From positions 28,543-92,542 of the forward strand of contig JBAXAF010000001.1 in assembly GCA_037142675.1 (NCBI GenBank): DNA of 64,000 nucleotides, read 5' to 3'. A program made the position numbers and the translations under genes. How positions within the stretch are numbered: the first letter of the stretch is position 1; the number at the start of each line of letters is the position of its first letter. A model generated the notes under the pieces. That model was not told where the DNA came from and did not search any database. It saw only the letters and a list, made by a program, of their open reading frames with translations. Source of the stretch: Candidatus Berkelbacteria bacterium (lineage in GTDB: Bacteria; Patescibacteriota; UBA1384; XYA2-FULL-43-10; CAINNR01). Shown here piece after piece: positions 18,265 to 27,477 of this stretch.

Positions 18265-19596
18265 ATGGAGAAAACGAAGGTTTTGGAGCTTTGCAAGAAA
18301 GAAAAAATTAAATTTATCCATTTGCAATTCTCTGATTTAGACGGAATCGTAAAAAGTGTTGAAATTCCAATTTCTCAATTATCAGACACATTAGAGAAGG
18401 GCAAGTGGTTCGACGGATCATCAATTGAAGGTTTTGCCCGTATTGCTGAGTCGGATATGTTTTTGCAGCCAGACCTGTTAACTTTTGCCATAATTCCATG
18501 GGATCAGGAAGAGGGGATTAAATCTGCTCGAATTATTTGTGATGTTATGACACCGGACAAAACACCGTTTATTGGTGATCCTCGTCAGATTTTAAAAAGA
18601 AATCTTTTGGAGATTAAGAAAACCGGTTACGAGTACTTTGTCGGTCCGGAACTCGAATTTTTCTTATTTAGAAAAGACGATGATGGTGAAATTGACTTAA
18701 GCCCGACAGATAGCGCTGGCTATTTCGATTACTCTGATGACTGGGCGTCGGTGGTCAGAAAAGAAATTTCAAATGCTGCAGAGCAGATGGGAATAGAAAT
18801 TGAAACGGTTCATCATGAAGTTTCAACATCTCAGCACGAGATAGACTTTAAATACTCAAATGCGTTGCAAGCAGCTGACAATGTTATTACACTAAAATTT
18901 ATCATTAAGGCAATTGCCGATCGTTACGGTTTGCATGCAACATTTATGCCAAAACCAGTGTTTGGCATAAATGGATCAGGAATGCACGTTCATCAGAGCT
19001 TATGGAAAGGCGGCAAGAATGCTTTCTTTTCGGCATCGGACAAATATTTTCTCTCGACTTTAGCAAAACAGTTTATCGCTGGCCAGCTAAAAGAGGCTCC
19101 GGGGATTTGCGCTGTGACTTCGCCTTTGGTAAACTCATATAAAAGATTAGTCCCGGGGTATGAGGCACCAGTCTATCTTTCTTGGGCTAGAGTTAATCGT
19201 TCGGCTTTAATCCGCATCCCACGTTTTTCAGCTGACAACCAAAGTGCTGCTCGTATTGAGCTTCGCTGCCCAGACCCGTCGTGCAATCCTTATTTGGCAT
19301 TCTCTGCAATGCTTTTGGCTGGTATCTCTGGGATTAAGGATAAGCTTGATCCGCCAAAACCGGTTGAAGAGAACATCTACGAGATGAATGATAATCAGCG
19401 AAAATTGCGAAAAATCAAAACCTTGCCGGATTCACTTGGGTCAGCTTTAGCGGTTTACGAAAAGAGTAAATTGGTAGAACTGGCTTTGGGACAACATATA
19501 TTTGATAGGTTGCGTGAATCGAGGCGACGGGAATGGAATGAATATCGGATCAGAATCTCCAGTTGGGAAGAAGAAGCTTATTTAAAAAAATTTTGA
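18265..19596 (+). CDS. glnA: Glutamine synthetase type I
   Basis: FDGSSIEGF, GPELEF, HHEV, FMPKP...NGSGMHVHQS, NSYKRLVPGYEAP, RIELRCPD. Confidence 0.96.
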   Translation: MEKTKVLELCKKEKIKFIHLQFSDLDGIVKSVEIPISQLSDTLEKGKWFDGSSIEGFARIAESDMFLQPDLLTFAIIPWDQEEGIKSARIICDVMTPDKTPFIGDPRQILKRNLLEIKKTGYEYFVGPELEFFLFRKDDDGEIDLSPTDSAGYFDYSDDWASVVRKEISNAAEQMGIEIETVHHEVSTSQHEIDFKYSNALQAADNVITLKFIIKAIADRYGLHATFMPKPVFGINGSGMHVHQSLWKGGKNAFFSASDKYFLSTLAKQFIAGQLKEAPGICAVTSPLVNSYKRLVPGYEAPVYLSWARVNRSALIRIPRFSADNQSAARIELRCPDPSCNPYLAFSAMLLAGISGIKDKLDPPKPVEENIYEMNDNQRKLRKIKTLPDSLGSALAVYEKSKLVELALGQHIFDRLRESRRREWNEYRIRISSWEEEAYLKKF

Positions 19597-19615
19597 TCAC
19601 AGGTAATGGAGGGCA

Positions 19616-20044
19616 ATGCAATTAACATCAACTGATTTTGAAGATGGGGGAGAACTGGCGGATAAATTTTCTTGCAATGGTGAAGGAGCTCGGCCGCTTC
19701 TAACCTGGTCGGAAATTCCACCGGATACGAAAACACTGGCAATTACTCTTGTTGACCCGGACGCCCCTGACGGCAGTTTTGTTCACTGGATAGCAATAAA
19801 TATTCCAGTAGACACATTAAGCATTGCTAGTGGCGAAATAGTCGGAGAAGAGCTAATTAATTCTTCTGGAAAATCATCGTACATCGCGCCTTGCCCACCC
19901 GCAGGTAATCATCATTACATTTTCACTCTGTACGCCCTGGACGCAGGCAGGATCAGCGCTTCATCATCGGAGAGTTTTTTGCTTGCTGTTGGTCCACATA
20001 TTGTAAGTCAAGCTAAGCTGACTGGGCTCTACGGTAAAAGCTAG
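19616..20044 (+). CDS. YbhB/YbcL (PEBP) family protein
   Basis: DPDAPDGSFVHW, PCPPAGNHHYIFTLYALD. Confidence 0.92.
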   Translation: MQLTSTDFEDGGELADKFSCNGEGARPLLTWSEIPPDTKTLAITLVDPDAPDGSFVHWIAINIPVDTLSIASGEIVGEELINSSGKSSYIAPCPPAGNHHYIFTLYALDAGRISASSSESFLLAVGPHIVSQAKLTGLYGKS

Positions 20045-20106
20045 TTGTTTGATTTTTATCTAGTTGGTATAATAAAGAAAATCAGGGTTAATAAAGTTGA
20101 GGGGAT

Positions 20107-22539
20107 ATGCAGCCTATTAGGATTTTTGATATTATTGCTCGTCGCCGGATTATGATTTTCGGCGTGGTTTTAGTTATAATTTTTGGCACAGCTATTGGCT
20201 TGGCTGCGAACTTTTTTGCCAATTCTAAAAAAGCTCATGCCGACAGTTACACTCTCGGTGACGGTGGCTACATTGGCCCAAATGATGCTTCCAGGGATTG
20301 GGCCAATACCGATGTCACTGTCACTGCTTCTGCTGATAATCCCGCAGCAATTGATGGCAAACATACATTCAAGAACTTGACTGTTCAAGGAACACTAACG
20401 ACGTCGGATTACAACCGCTACGGTGTTGATGGTATGTACTATGAAAAAAATTTAGCAGATGCTCGCGACGCTAAATCGTTATTTGAACTTACTAACGACC
20501 GTTATGTGTTTATAATGCGAGGGTTTATCAACACTGGTGGCGTCGCAAAAGACTATTATCTGACGAGTGAAACCGATGGCACAGTAAGCGGGCATCCTGA
20601 TTCCTTTCGAGTCGATGATACAGCTGTAATGCGTTTCTACCCGGCTGTTTCAGAATCAACTGAAAAATCTGCAGATTTGTTTACTGGTGAAGTTGGTTAT
20701 GCAATGACCAACTATGGTAGCATTTATGACGGAACGAACGGAAAATTTCAGCAGTATTCTGATGCTTTAACCAGCGCAGGAAGTCCAATACTACCTTTCG
20801 AGTTGGTCTATGCAAATAGTGGCGGCGGCCAGCACTACTTTGGTGTTTCAACATGCGCTGCTGCATGTTCAACTACAATAGGAAATCACACATTTGTTCG
20901 AACGGTGGATAATGAAACTACTTTTGCTGGTATGCCCGACGGTTCAATCGAGACCTATCAGGCTTGGCAGGGTAGCCGCACTGACACAGATGTTAGCGCT
21001 GTGAAGCAAGATTTGGTAAATATTTTCAATAAAAATTGGACTATCTCCAAAGCCGATTTGATTAGCGGGGTTTCTGCCCACCGAAAAAATAATCTATATG
21101 AAGATTACTACTTTGCAGATAATTACAACTTTTTCTCTGATCCTAAGGTTTATCTTCAGAACGACAAAAATATGCTGGATTCTCCTGTGACAGTTGCTTT
21201 GTCAGATGACCAACAATACCAATGGTCGAGCGCTGTTGGTGACATTAAATACGCTTTTTTTCTACCTAAAACTGATTGGTATACAACTTCCCCTTTAGCA
21301 AGGCGGGGGAACGCAAATGCGGGTTTTCCGATTATTGCTCAGTCACTATTTAGAACTATGCACAATCTTCCTTCGACGGCAGGTAAGCGAACCGAGATTA
21401 CGGTTACGGAAACTCTTTCAATTTTGGGAACTGGCAGAATAAACGTAAATGGCAAAGGTTTTGCTAACTCATTTATAACCGCTAGCGGTGGCAGAACACG
21501 TTTTGGGGCGGGTCCAGGAGCTGGCTATGGCGACCACAACTCTTCTCCTGCGGCTTCTCATGCGGGGCTAGGCGGCGGTCAAAATGATGCGACTGTTCGC
21601 TACGATAACGCTGTCGGCAATCAACCAACTTTGCCTGGGTCTGCTGGTGGATTTAATAGTGATGATATGGGTTGCGCTTATAGAATATCCGTAGGCTATC
21701 TTGATACTCTCTGTATTAGAGGCATTGACTATTATCTTGGATTTGGTGGTGGATACATCTCTCTATCAGCCAATGTGGTTAATTTATCTCCTGGCTCAGC
21801 TATTACAGCCAACTCGACAGCTGGGCGTTCTTATCAGCCAACTCCTGGTGGGTCAGGTGGAGCTATTATCATTCAAGACGCAGATTCTGGCTCACAGTAT
21901 GGCGGCGCAATCGAAGCTATGGGCGCAGGCTCAGATGAGTCTGAGGACCATACTATTTCACCTGGCGGCGGCGGCGGCAGTATTTACATTGCCACGTCCG
22001 GTAGCGTTGCGGGTTTAAGGGCTAAAGAAAATACAGCACTGGCTCCTTCATTTTATAATGCCTCAGATTGGTTTAGGAATAACCGCCCTGGCCAATTTGA
22101 TGTTCTGAAAATTTCAGCTTCAGGAGGTGATTCGGAGCGTGGCGTTGATGGTTCATACGGAATAGTAAATATCGTTGGTAGCCAACCACCAATGGCTGGA
22201 ATTCACAAAATCATTGACAAGATTTATCCGCTTGATGGTACGTCGCCGTATAACCTAAAACCTGCTGATAAAATACGCGTTACTTTACATGTGACCAATT
22301 TGGTCGCTGGCCAGCCAATTACAATACGGGACGAGTTTTTCAGTGATGGTACAGCCGCTGGTATTAGCAAGTTCACGTTAATCGCTAGCAGCAATGATTG
22401 TAAAACTCATCTCGGTGGCGCTAGCGTTGACCTTTCGTCGTGCACCATGACTCCGTCGACTTCGGACATCTCCTGGACGTTTACTCCAGCTGCTGGACAA
22501 GAAACCGTCGATCTTCAATACAGTCTTTTGGTCAAGTAA
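20107..22539 (+). CDS. Large exported Gly-rich hypothetical protein
   Basis: N-terminal TM/signal (KKAHA); Gly-rich GAGPGAG, GGSGGAI, GGGGGSI motifs. Confidence 0.75.
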   Translation: MQPIRIFDIIARRRIMIFGVVLVIIFGTAIGLAANFFANSKKAHADSYTLGDGGYIGPNDASRDWANTDVTVTASADNPAAIDGKHTFKNLTVQGTLTTSDYNRYGVDGMYYEKNLADARDAKSLFELTNDRYVFIMRGFINTGGVAKDYYLTSETDGTVSGHPDSFRVDDTAVMRFYPAVSESTEKSADLFTGEVGYAMTNYGSIYDGTNGKFQQYSDALTSAGSPILPFELVYANSGGGQHYFGVSTCAAACSTTIGNHTFVRTVDNETTFAGMPDGSIETYQAWQGSRTDTDVSAVKQDLVNIFNKNWTISKADLISGVSAHRKNNLYEDYYFADNYNFFSDPKVYLQNDKNMLDSPVTVALSDDQQYQWSSAVGDIKYAFFLPKTDWYTTSPLARRGNANAGFPIIAQSLFRTMHNLPSTAGKRTEITVTETLSILGTGRINVNGKGFANSFITASGGRTRFGAGPGAGYGDHNSSPAASHAGLGGGQNDATVRYDNAVGNQPTLPGSAGGFNSDDMGCAYRISVGYLDTLCIRGIDYYLGFGGGYISLSANVVNLSPGSAITANSTAGRSYQPTPGGSGGAIIIQDADSGSQYGGAIEAMGAGSDESEDHTISPGGGGGSIYIATSGSVAGLRAKENTALAPSFYNASDWFRNNRPGQFDVLKISASGGDSERGVDGSYGIVNIVGSQPPMAGIHKIIDKIYPLDGTSPYNLKPADKIRVTLHVTNLVAGQPITIRDEFFSDGTAAGISKFTLIASSNDCKTHLGGASVDLSSCTMTPSTSDISWTFTPAAGQETVDLQYSLLVK

Positions 22540-22548
22540 TTAATATCA

Positions 22549-23607
22549 ATGAAAAAATATTTGATGCCAATTGGGATTTTGTTTTTGCTGGCAGTCTTTT
22601 GTTTGCCAAGTATTTGTGCGTTTGCTCTCGACGCTAGCAATGAAACTCCAACACTAAATTGGGGCAGTCCGTCGGCGTTCTGGACGGACGGCAGTCAAAA
22701 TTACATAACTTACTACCAAGGAATTACAACTGGGCCGCCTGACGCTTCTATTTCTCATGCGACTGACGTTTTTCGAAACGTCGCGCCAGCAACTTTGCCT
22801 GATTTAATTTTCAATAAAAACTGTTTGTTAGATGCTAAAGACTCCAGCCTTACTTCGGTAGGGCAGTGTGTCAATTTTAACGGCCCAAGCTCGACGACAG
22901 TTTTTAATAGCCGAACATACGCTAATGGTTTCTTGAAATCGGCAACTGCAGTTATTAAATATCCATCGATAAATGTTATCGGTGACTCATTTAACTCGTC
23001 TGGTAACTTTGCCTATTGGGGGCAGCACTTACGTCAAACAGACCCTTCAAATTCTACTGATTCCAATGCTTATTGGCAGATGAAAGGTTATCAGTTTAAT
23101 CAAGCTGCTCAATCATATTGGGATAACACCGACGCAAATAACAATAAGACAATGACTGCCACTATTGCCAGGTTAATGCAAAACGCAAAGGCGCTATCTG
23201 CAGGGACGTCTAATTTAATTACAACTTCGTTTAACGGGATATGCTATCCGCTATCTTTTTCTGATAATTCTTGCACTGAGGTCAACCAGTATTCAGACGG
23301 CCGCGTGTGGTATTCGAGAGGCCCTCTCATTCTAAATGGTGGGGTCACTTATTCTAATAAAGCAAGTATAATAGTGCAAACTGGTGATTTGAAAATAGAT
23401 AGCTCAGTTAAAGCTTCTGCTAGCAGCCCGAATTCAAGCCTTGGTTTAATCGTTCAGAGCGGCAATGTTACAATTACCAACAATTCAGCTAGTCTAATGA
23501 CAGTCAGAGCATCTATTTTTGCCCCACAGGGGACAATTAAACTTGTTGGTAGCAATATTACCTTAATCGGCTCATTCATTGCTAAAGACTTTGATGTCGG
23601 TAGTTAG
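22549..23607 (+). CDS. Exported hypothetical protein with beta-solenoid-like C-terminus
   Basis: Signal peptide; IIVQTGDLKI, LGLIVQSGNVTI, ASIFAPQGTI, LIGSFIAKDF. Confidence 0.7.
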   Translation: MKKYLMPIGILFLLAVFCLPSICAFALDASNETPTLNWGSPSAFWTDGSQNYITYYQGITTGPPDASISHATDVFRNVAPATLPDLIFNKNCLLDAKDSSLTSVGQCVNFNGPSSTTVFNSRTYANGFLKSATAVIKYPSINVIGDSFNSSGNFAYWGQHLRQTDPSNSTDSNAYWQMKGYQFNQAAQSYWDNTDANNNKTMTATIARLMQNAKALSAGTSNLITTSFNGICYPLSFSDNSCTEVNQYSDGRVWYSRGPLILNGGVTYSNKASIIVQTGDLKIDSSVKASASSPNSSLGLIVQSGNVTITNNSASLMTVRASIFAPQGTIKLVGSNITLIGSFIAKDFDVGS

Positions 23608-23633
23608 CTAGGAAAATTAGACAGAATTAAAAG

Positions 23634-25760
23634 ATGAGTAAATTAAATCAAATAAAAAAAATAGTGTTCATTGCCATACTGGTGTTTTCTCCACTGGTTA
23701 TTTCTTTTGTCGGGCCGACAAAGGCTAGCGCGGCGGCTTCTTTAACTGGCCACGAAGCCGACGGGACAGAAATTTGGACCATTGCCAAGAATCCTGCAGC
23801 ATTTCCAGATATTCAAACTATTCCGGTGGGAAGTTATGGCAATGGTATTACCGCTCCACTCATTAGCTTGCGCGTTAGTGGTAATACCACGCTAAAAATT
23901 TTAGGCCCTCATACCTTTTATAACCTAACGGTAGACGATGGTGCCACTATCACTAGCGACGCACTTTCTATGGGCGTTGATTATCAAGGAGGCATTTATA
24001 GTATTGGGAGCAGTTACCCGTTGAACCCAAGTGCTCAAAATAAAATAATCGACCTGACGGTCAAAGAGAAGCTTACCGTTAATGGCACAATTTCAGCGGA
24101 CGGACTTGGCTTCAGTGGCGGACATTTACCATATAATCAATTTTGTGTGCGCTATGGGGATGGTACATGTGCTGGCTGGTATGCTCACACCCAAGCGTTT
24201 TTCACCAACCCCGATGTATATTTATGGGGGCGTGGTCAAGGCCCTGGCGGCGGTGCTTCTAGAGTAACTTACGCAAACGAACACAGCGCCGGTGCTGGCG
24301 GCGGCTTTGGCGGTAAGGGTGGAGCCGGTTTTGCCTGTGATGATGCCTATTGCACTAGAGAACAGACCGAGGTACCGGCAGGTATGCCGGCTCCAGGTGT
24401 TGTCTACGGTAGCGTTGGTGATTTTGGTTCTGGCGGCGGCTATGCAAATCATGACCAGCTAAACGAACCAGTCGATGGTGGCGCCGGTGGTGGTGTAATA
24501 AAAATTCAGGCGAAAGAAATTTCAATGTCAACTGATAGCAAAATTTCTGCTAACGGATTATCTGGTACTGGTAGTGGTGAAACTGCTGGCGGCGCCGGTT
24601 CCGGTGGTTCAATTTCGCTACAGTTCAACCAGGGTTCAATAAAGCAACCTTTTGTTAAAGCAGGAGTTAACCCACAGAATTATTTAGCGTGGAAAGCCGA
24701 TGATGGCCAGGTGACAATTAACGCGATGAATGACCATGTTAATGGGGGGACAGACAATATTACTGCGAATGGTGGGAACGGAGCGGCATATGCTGGTGCT
24801 GGCGGCGGCGGAAGAATTTATGTTGGGCCTCTATCACTTATCGGAAGCTTGTCAGCTGACCCGGCCAGTGGGATTGCTCCACTAAGCACTACCTTAACGG
24901 CCACTGCCAGTGGATCCGACGAGGGCACATTAAATTATACTTTTTGGTGGAACTGTGAAAGTGCATCTAGTAACGTTGGCGAAGTTTCTGCGGCTGGAGT
25001 TTGTGGCAGCCCAAATGATCCGACAAAAGGAGCCAAATTTGATGCTGTTGATGTTTTGACAAAATCAGTTTCTCGTACATACGGATCAGCTGGAGTATAT
25101 CATCCTAAAGTAATTATTGAGCGTGGCGCAGCAACCCCGGTAACGGCATCCACTACTGTCACAGTAACAGCGCCAACATTAACCAGCGCTTTATCAGCGA
25201 ATCCGACCAGCGGTGTATCGCCCCTGAGCACAACATTAACTGCAAGCGCAGGAGGTACGGCTACTGGTACCTTAAATTATTCTATCTGGTGGGATTGCGA
25301 TAACGGAACCACAAGTGTAGCTAGCGCAATTGCCGCATGCGGCAATCCTTCTGATCCAGCCAAAGGAGTGAAATATGATGCTACATCTAGCACGACTAAG
25401 ACGGTTTCACACATTTACTCTACCGGCTTCATTCATGCTAAAGTTATCATTGAAAGAGGTACCGCTGCGCCGGCAACTTCTATTGCTCTAGTTAACGTTC
25501 AGGCACCTCCTTGCGTAGCTTTCCCCGATCAGACGCAGACAGTCTCTTGCCCAGCTGGCCAGGTAGGCGCTATAACACAAGGTAGAAGATCTACCTGTCC
25601 TGGACCCGTTTGGGGCGCTTGGACAACAACGTCAACCACCTGCGCCGTTGCTCCGCCTACTTCGAGCGGGAACATTAATTTTACTCAAGATAGCAGAAAT
25701 GAATCTACTTGGCCGCCAGGATTTCGAGATTTGCAGCCACTGTCCAGTATAAGTAAGTAG
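23634..25760 (+). CDS. Large exported Gly-rich protein with two PKD-like repeats
   Basis: Signal peptide (KASA); duplicated ~110 aa unit LSAxPxSGxxPLSTTLTA...GTLNYxxWWxC...KVIIERG. Confidence 0.75.
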   Translation: MSKLNQIKKIVFIAILVFSPLVISFVGPTKASAAASLTGHEADGTEIWTIAKNPAAFPDIQTIPVGSYGNGITAPLISLRVSGNTTLKILGPHTFYNLTVDDGATITSDALSMGVDYQGGIYSIGSSYPLNPSAQNKIIDLTVKEKLTVNGTISADGLGFSGGHLPYNQFCVRYGDGTCAGWYAHTQAFFTNPDVYLWGRGQGPGGGASRVTYANEHSAGAGGGFGGKGGAGFACDDAYCTREQTEVPAGMPAPGVVYGSVGDFGSGGGYANHDQLNEPVDGGAGGGVIKIQAKEISMSTDSKISANGLSGTGSGETAGGAGSGGSISLQFNQGSIKQPFVKAGVNPQNYLAWKADDGQVTINAMNDHVNGGTDNITANGGNGAAYAGAGGGGRIYVGPLSLIGSLSADPASGIAPLSTTLTATASGSDEGTLNYTFWWNCESASSNVGEVSAAGVCGSPNDPTKGAKFDAVDVLTKSVSRTYGSAGVYHPKVIIERGAATPVTASTTVTVTAPTLTSALSANPTSGVSPLSTTLTASAGGTATGTLNYSIWWDCDNGTTSVASAIAACGNPSDPAKGVKYDATSSTTKTVSHIYSTGFIHAKVIIERGTAAPATSIALVNVQAPPCVAFPDQTQTVSCPAGQVGAITQGRRSTCPGPVWGAWTTTSTTCAVAPPTSSGNINFTQDSRNESTWPPGFRDLQPLSSISK

Positions 25761-25873
25761 GTAAAAAAAATTTTATTCTGTGCGCAATCTGTATTTTTAT
25801 AAAAAGTATTAAAAGTGTTGCACAACAAAAAACTATTGTTGTATAATAGAAGAAATGAATTGTAGGAGGGTTA

Positions 25874-26509
25874 ATGCCGGGTGAAAATGAGCACGGTGCT
25901 CGAGTAGAAGAGCCGTTTTTGGAAATTAATACTAGCGAAGACGAAGGCGGAGGAGCGGCTAATATTGTTTTTGTCTCCTCAATAATTCTGGTAGTTTTAA
26001 TTACCGGATTTTTTATTTTCTATAAATATAGAACTGATTCAGAGGTTAAAGACAAGCAGCAGGCGCTCAATAGCGTGATGGATCAAATCAATAGCAGTGA
26101 AAATAAAGCAATTACTGTTAAGGCTCAAAACTTAAATTCTGCGCTCGGAATACTAACCGTTGCATCAAAATCGAAATACTCATTTAAAACTTTTATTGAC
26201 GCCTTAAAAACAAAAATTACTAAAGATACAAAGTTAAACTCAATATCAATTTCTGATGCAGGGCTGGTTTCTATGGATGGCATTACTACAAATTTTCGTT
26301 CTGTCGCCGACTTAGCCGTGGCACTTGGAGCTTCGCCAAAGTTAAAAAATGTTCAAATAGTTGGCCTTACCAAGTCAGATGACGAATCTTCTAGCTTGGT
26401 CGGTTTTTCCATGACGGCAGAAATCAAAGATTGGTCTACTGCTTCGTCGGCTGATTCTAACACTGATTCTGCCGATAGCGCTGGTAGCGTTGGAGGTGCA
26501 AGTGAATAA
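25874..26509 (+). CDS. pilN: Type IV pilus PilN-like protein
   Basis: One TM, coiled coil, LNSISI...VSMDG...FSMTAEI; position before pilO-like gene. Confidence 0.7.
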   Translation: MPGENEHGARVEEPFLEINTSEDEGGGAANIVFVSSIILVVLITGFFIFYKYRTDSEVKDKQQALNSVMDQINSSENKAITVKAQNLNSALGILTVASKSKYSFKTFIDALKTKITKDTKLNSISISDAGLVSMDGITTNFRSVADLAVALGASPKLKNVQIVGLTKSDDESSSLVGFSMTAEIKDWSTASSADSNTDSADSAGSVGGASE

Positions 26510-27068
26510 AAAAGATTTAAATCTATTATTGCCGGCCATAACAGCCATTTTGGCCATTGCCAGCTATTTTATTTGCAGTGATCTTTTTATGCCCACAATT
26601 GCAGACAACACCTCAAAAATTACTGCATATGATCAAGAAATTACCTCAGCCAATGAAAAGCTTGACTCTATCTCTGCTGCTGACAAATCAATGACGGAAT
26701 TGTCATCGGTGGTAAACAATCTGTTAATTGCTGTTCCTGAGAGTGCTAATGCTCCTGATTTAATCACCGAAATTGAAGTAATTGCTAGCCAGAGCCAGGT
26801 ACTGTTGCCTAGTTTGTCGCCGCCATCTGCTGCTATTGTTGGTGGAGCATCGGGTGTCGCGTCAGGCAAAAGTTTCTTAACCAGCCTAACGGTTTTTGGC
26901 ACCTTCCAGAACATCAATACCTTTATTAATTCCTTAGAAACTTCAATTCGTTTTTCAAAGATTAATAATTTGAGCTTGTCTGCTTCAGAGAATGGCTTAT
27001 CTGCCTCAATCACAATTGAGGTCTATAGCCGTCCAGCAATTTCTAGCTCTATCGGGGTGTCACAATGA
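26502..27068 (+). CDS. pilO: Type IV pilus PilO-like protein
   Basis: TM, AVPESANAPDLI, VFGTFQNINTFINSLETSIRF; GTG start after GGAGGT. Confidence 0.75.
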   Translation: MNKKDLNLLLPAITAILAIASYFICSDLFMPTIADNTSKITAYDQEITSANEKLDSISAADKSMTELSSVVNNLLIAVPESANAPDLITEIEVIASQSQVLLPSLSPPSAAIVGGASGVASGKSFLTSLTVFGTFQNINTFINSLETSIRFSKINNLSLSASENGLSASITIEVYSRPAISSSIGVSQ

Positions 27069-27337
27069 AACAAAATACTTTTTCTGATAAGGCAATGCTA
27101 GTGGTAAGCTTGGCTTTGCTGGTACTAATTATTGTCACATTTGTTTGGATGTGGTTCTGGTCAAGCCGACCGTCAGTAGATAGCTTCAAAACAACAGATA
27201 ACTTGCAGCCGATTAGTGTGGCCGGGCTTGAGACTCGGGCTCAAAAAATTCTTGATGGTTTAAAAAATAATTCTGGCATTCCAATCCCCGAACCTACCTC
27301 GAAGGAGGGACGGGATGATCCATTTGCCAGTCTTTAA
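27065..27337 (+). CDS. Small PilP-position membrane protein
   Basis: TM plus C-terminal GRDDPF motif, follows pilNO. Confidence 0.6.
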   Translation: MKQNTFSDKAMLVVSLALLVLIIVTFVWMWFWSSRPSVDSFKTTDNLQPISVAGLETRAQKILDGLKNNSGIPIPEPTSKEGRDDPFASL

Positions 27338-27349
27338 ATGAAATTATAA

Positions 27350-27465
27350 TATCAAAATTCTAAATTCTAAACAAACCCAAATGATCAAATTCTTGAATAT
27401 TAAAGAAGATAAAACATTTTAATTTTGATATTGTTTAGGAATTAGATATTAGAGTTTAGAAATTT
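27350..27465. repeat. AT-rich heptamer-based imperfect inverted repeat, copy 1
   Basis: AAATTCT-type units, CTAAACAAACCCAAATGA core, mirrored TTAGA units; related copy near 36390. Confidence 0.6.
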
Positions 27466-27477
27466 GTATTTATAAAT

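Noticed and set aside
24840-25500. Internal repeat as a DGR template/variable pair
   Set aside because: Both copies are in-frame protein domains, differences are not adenine-specific, no RT nearby
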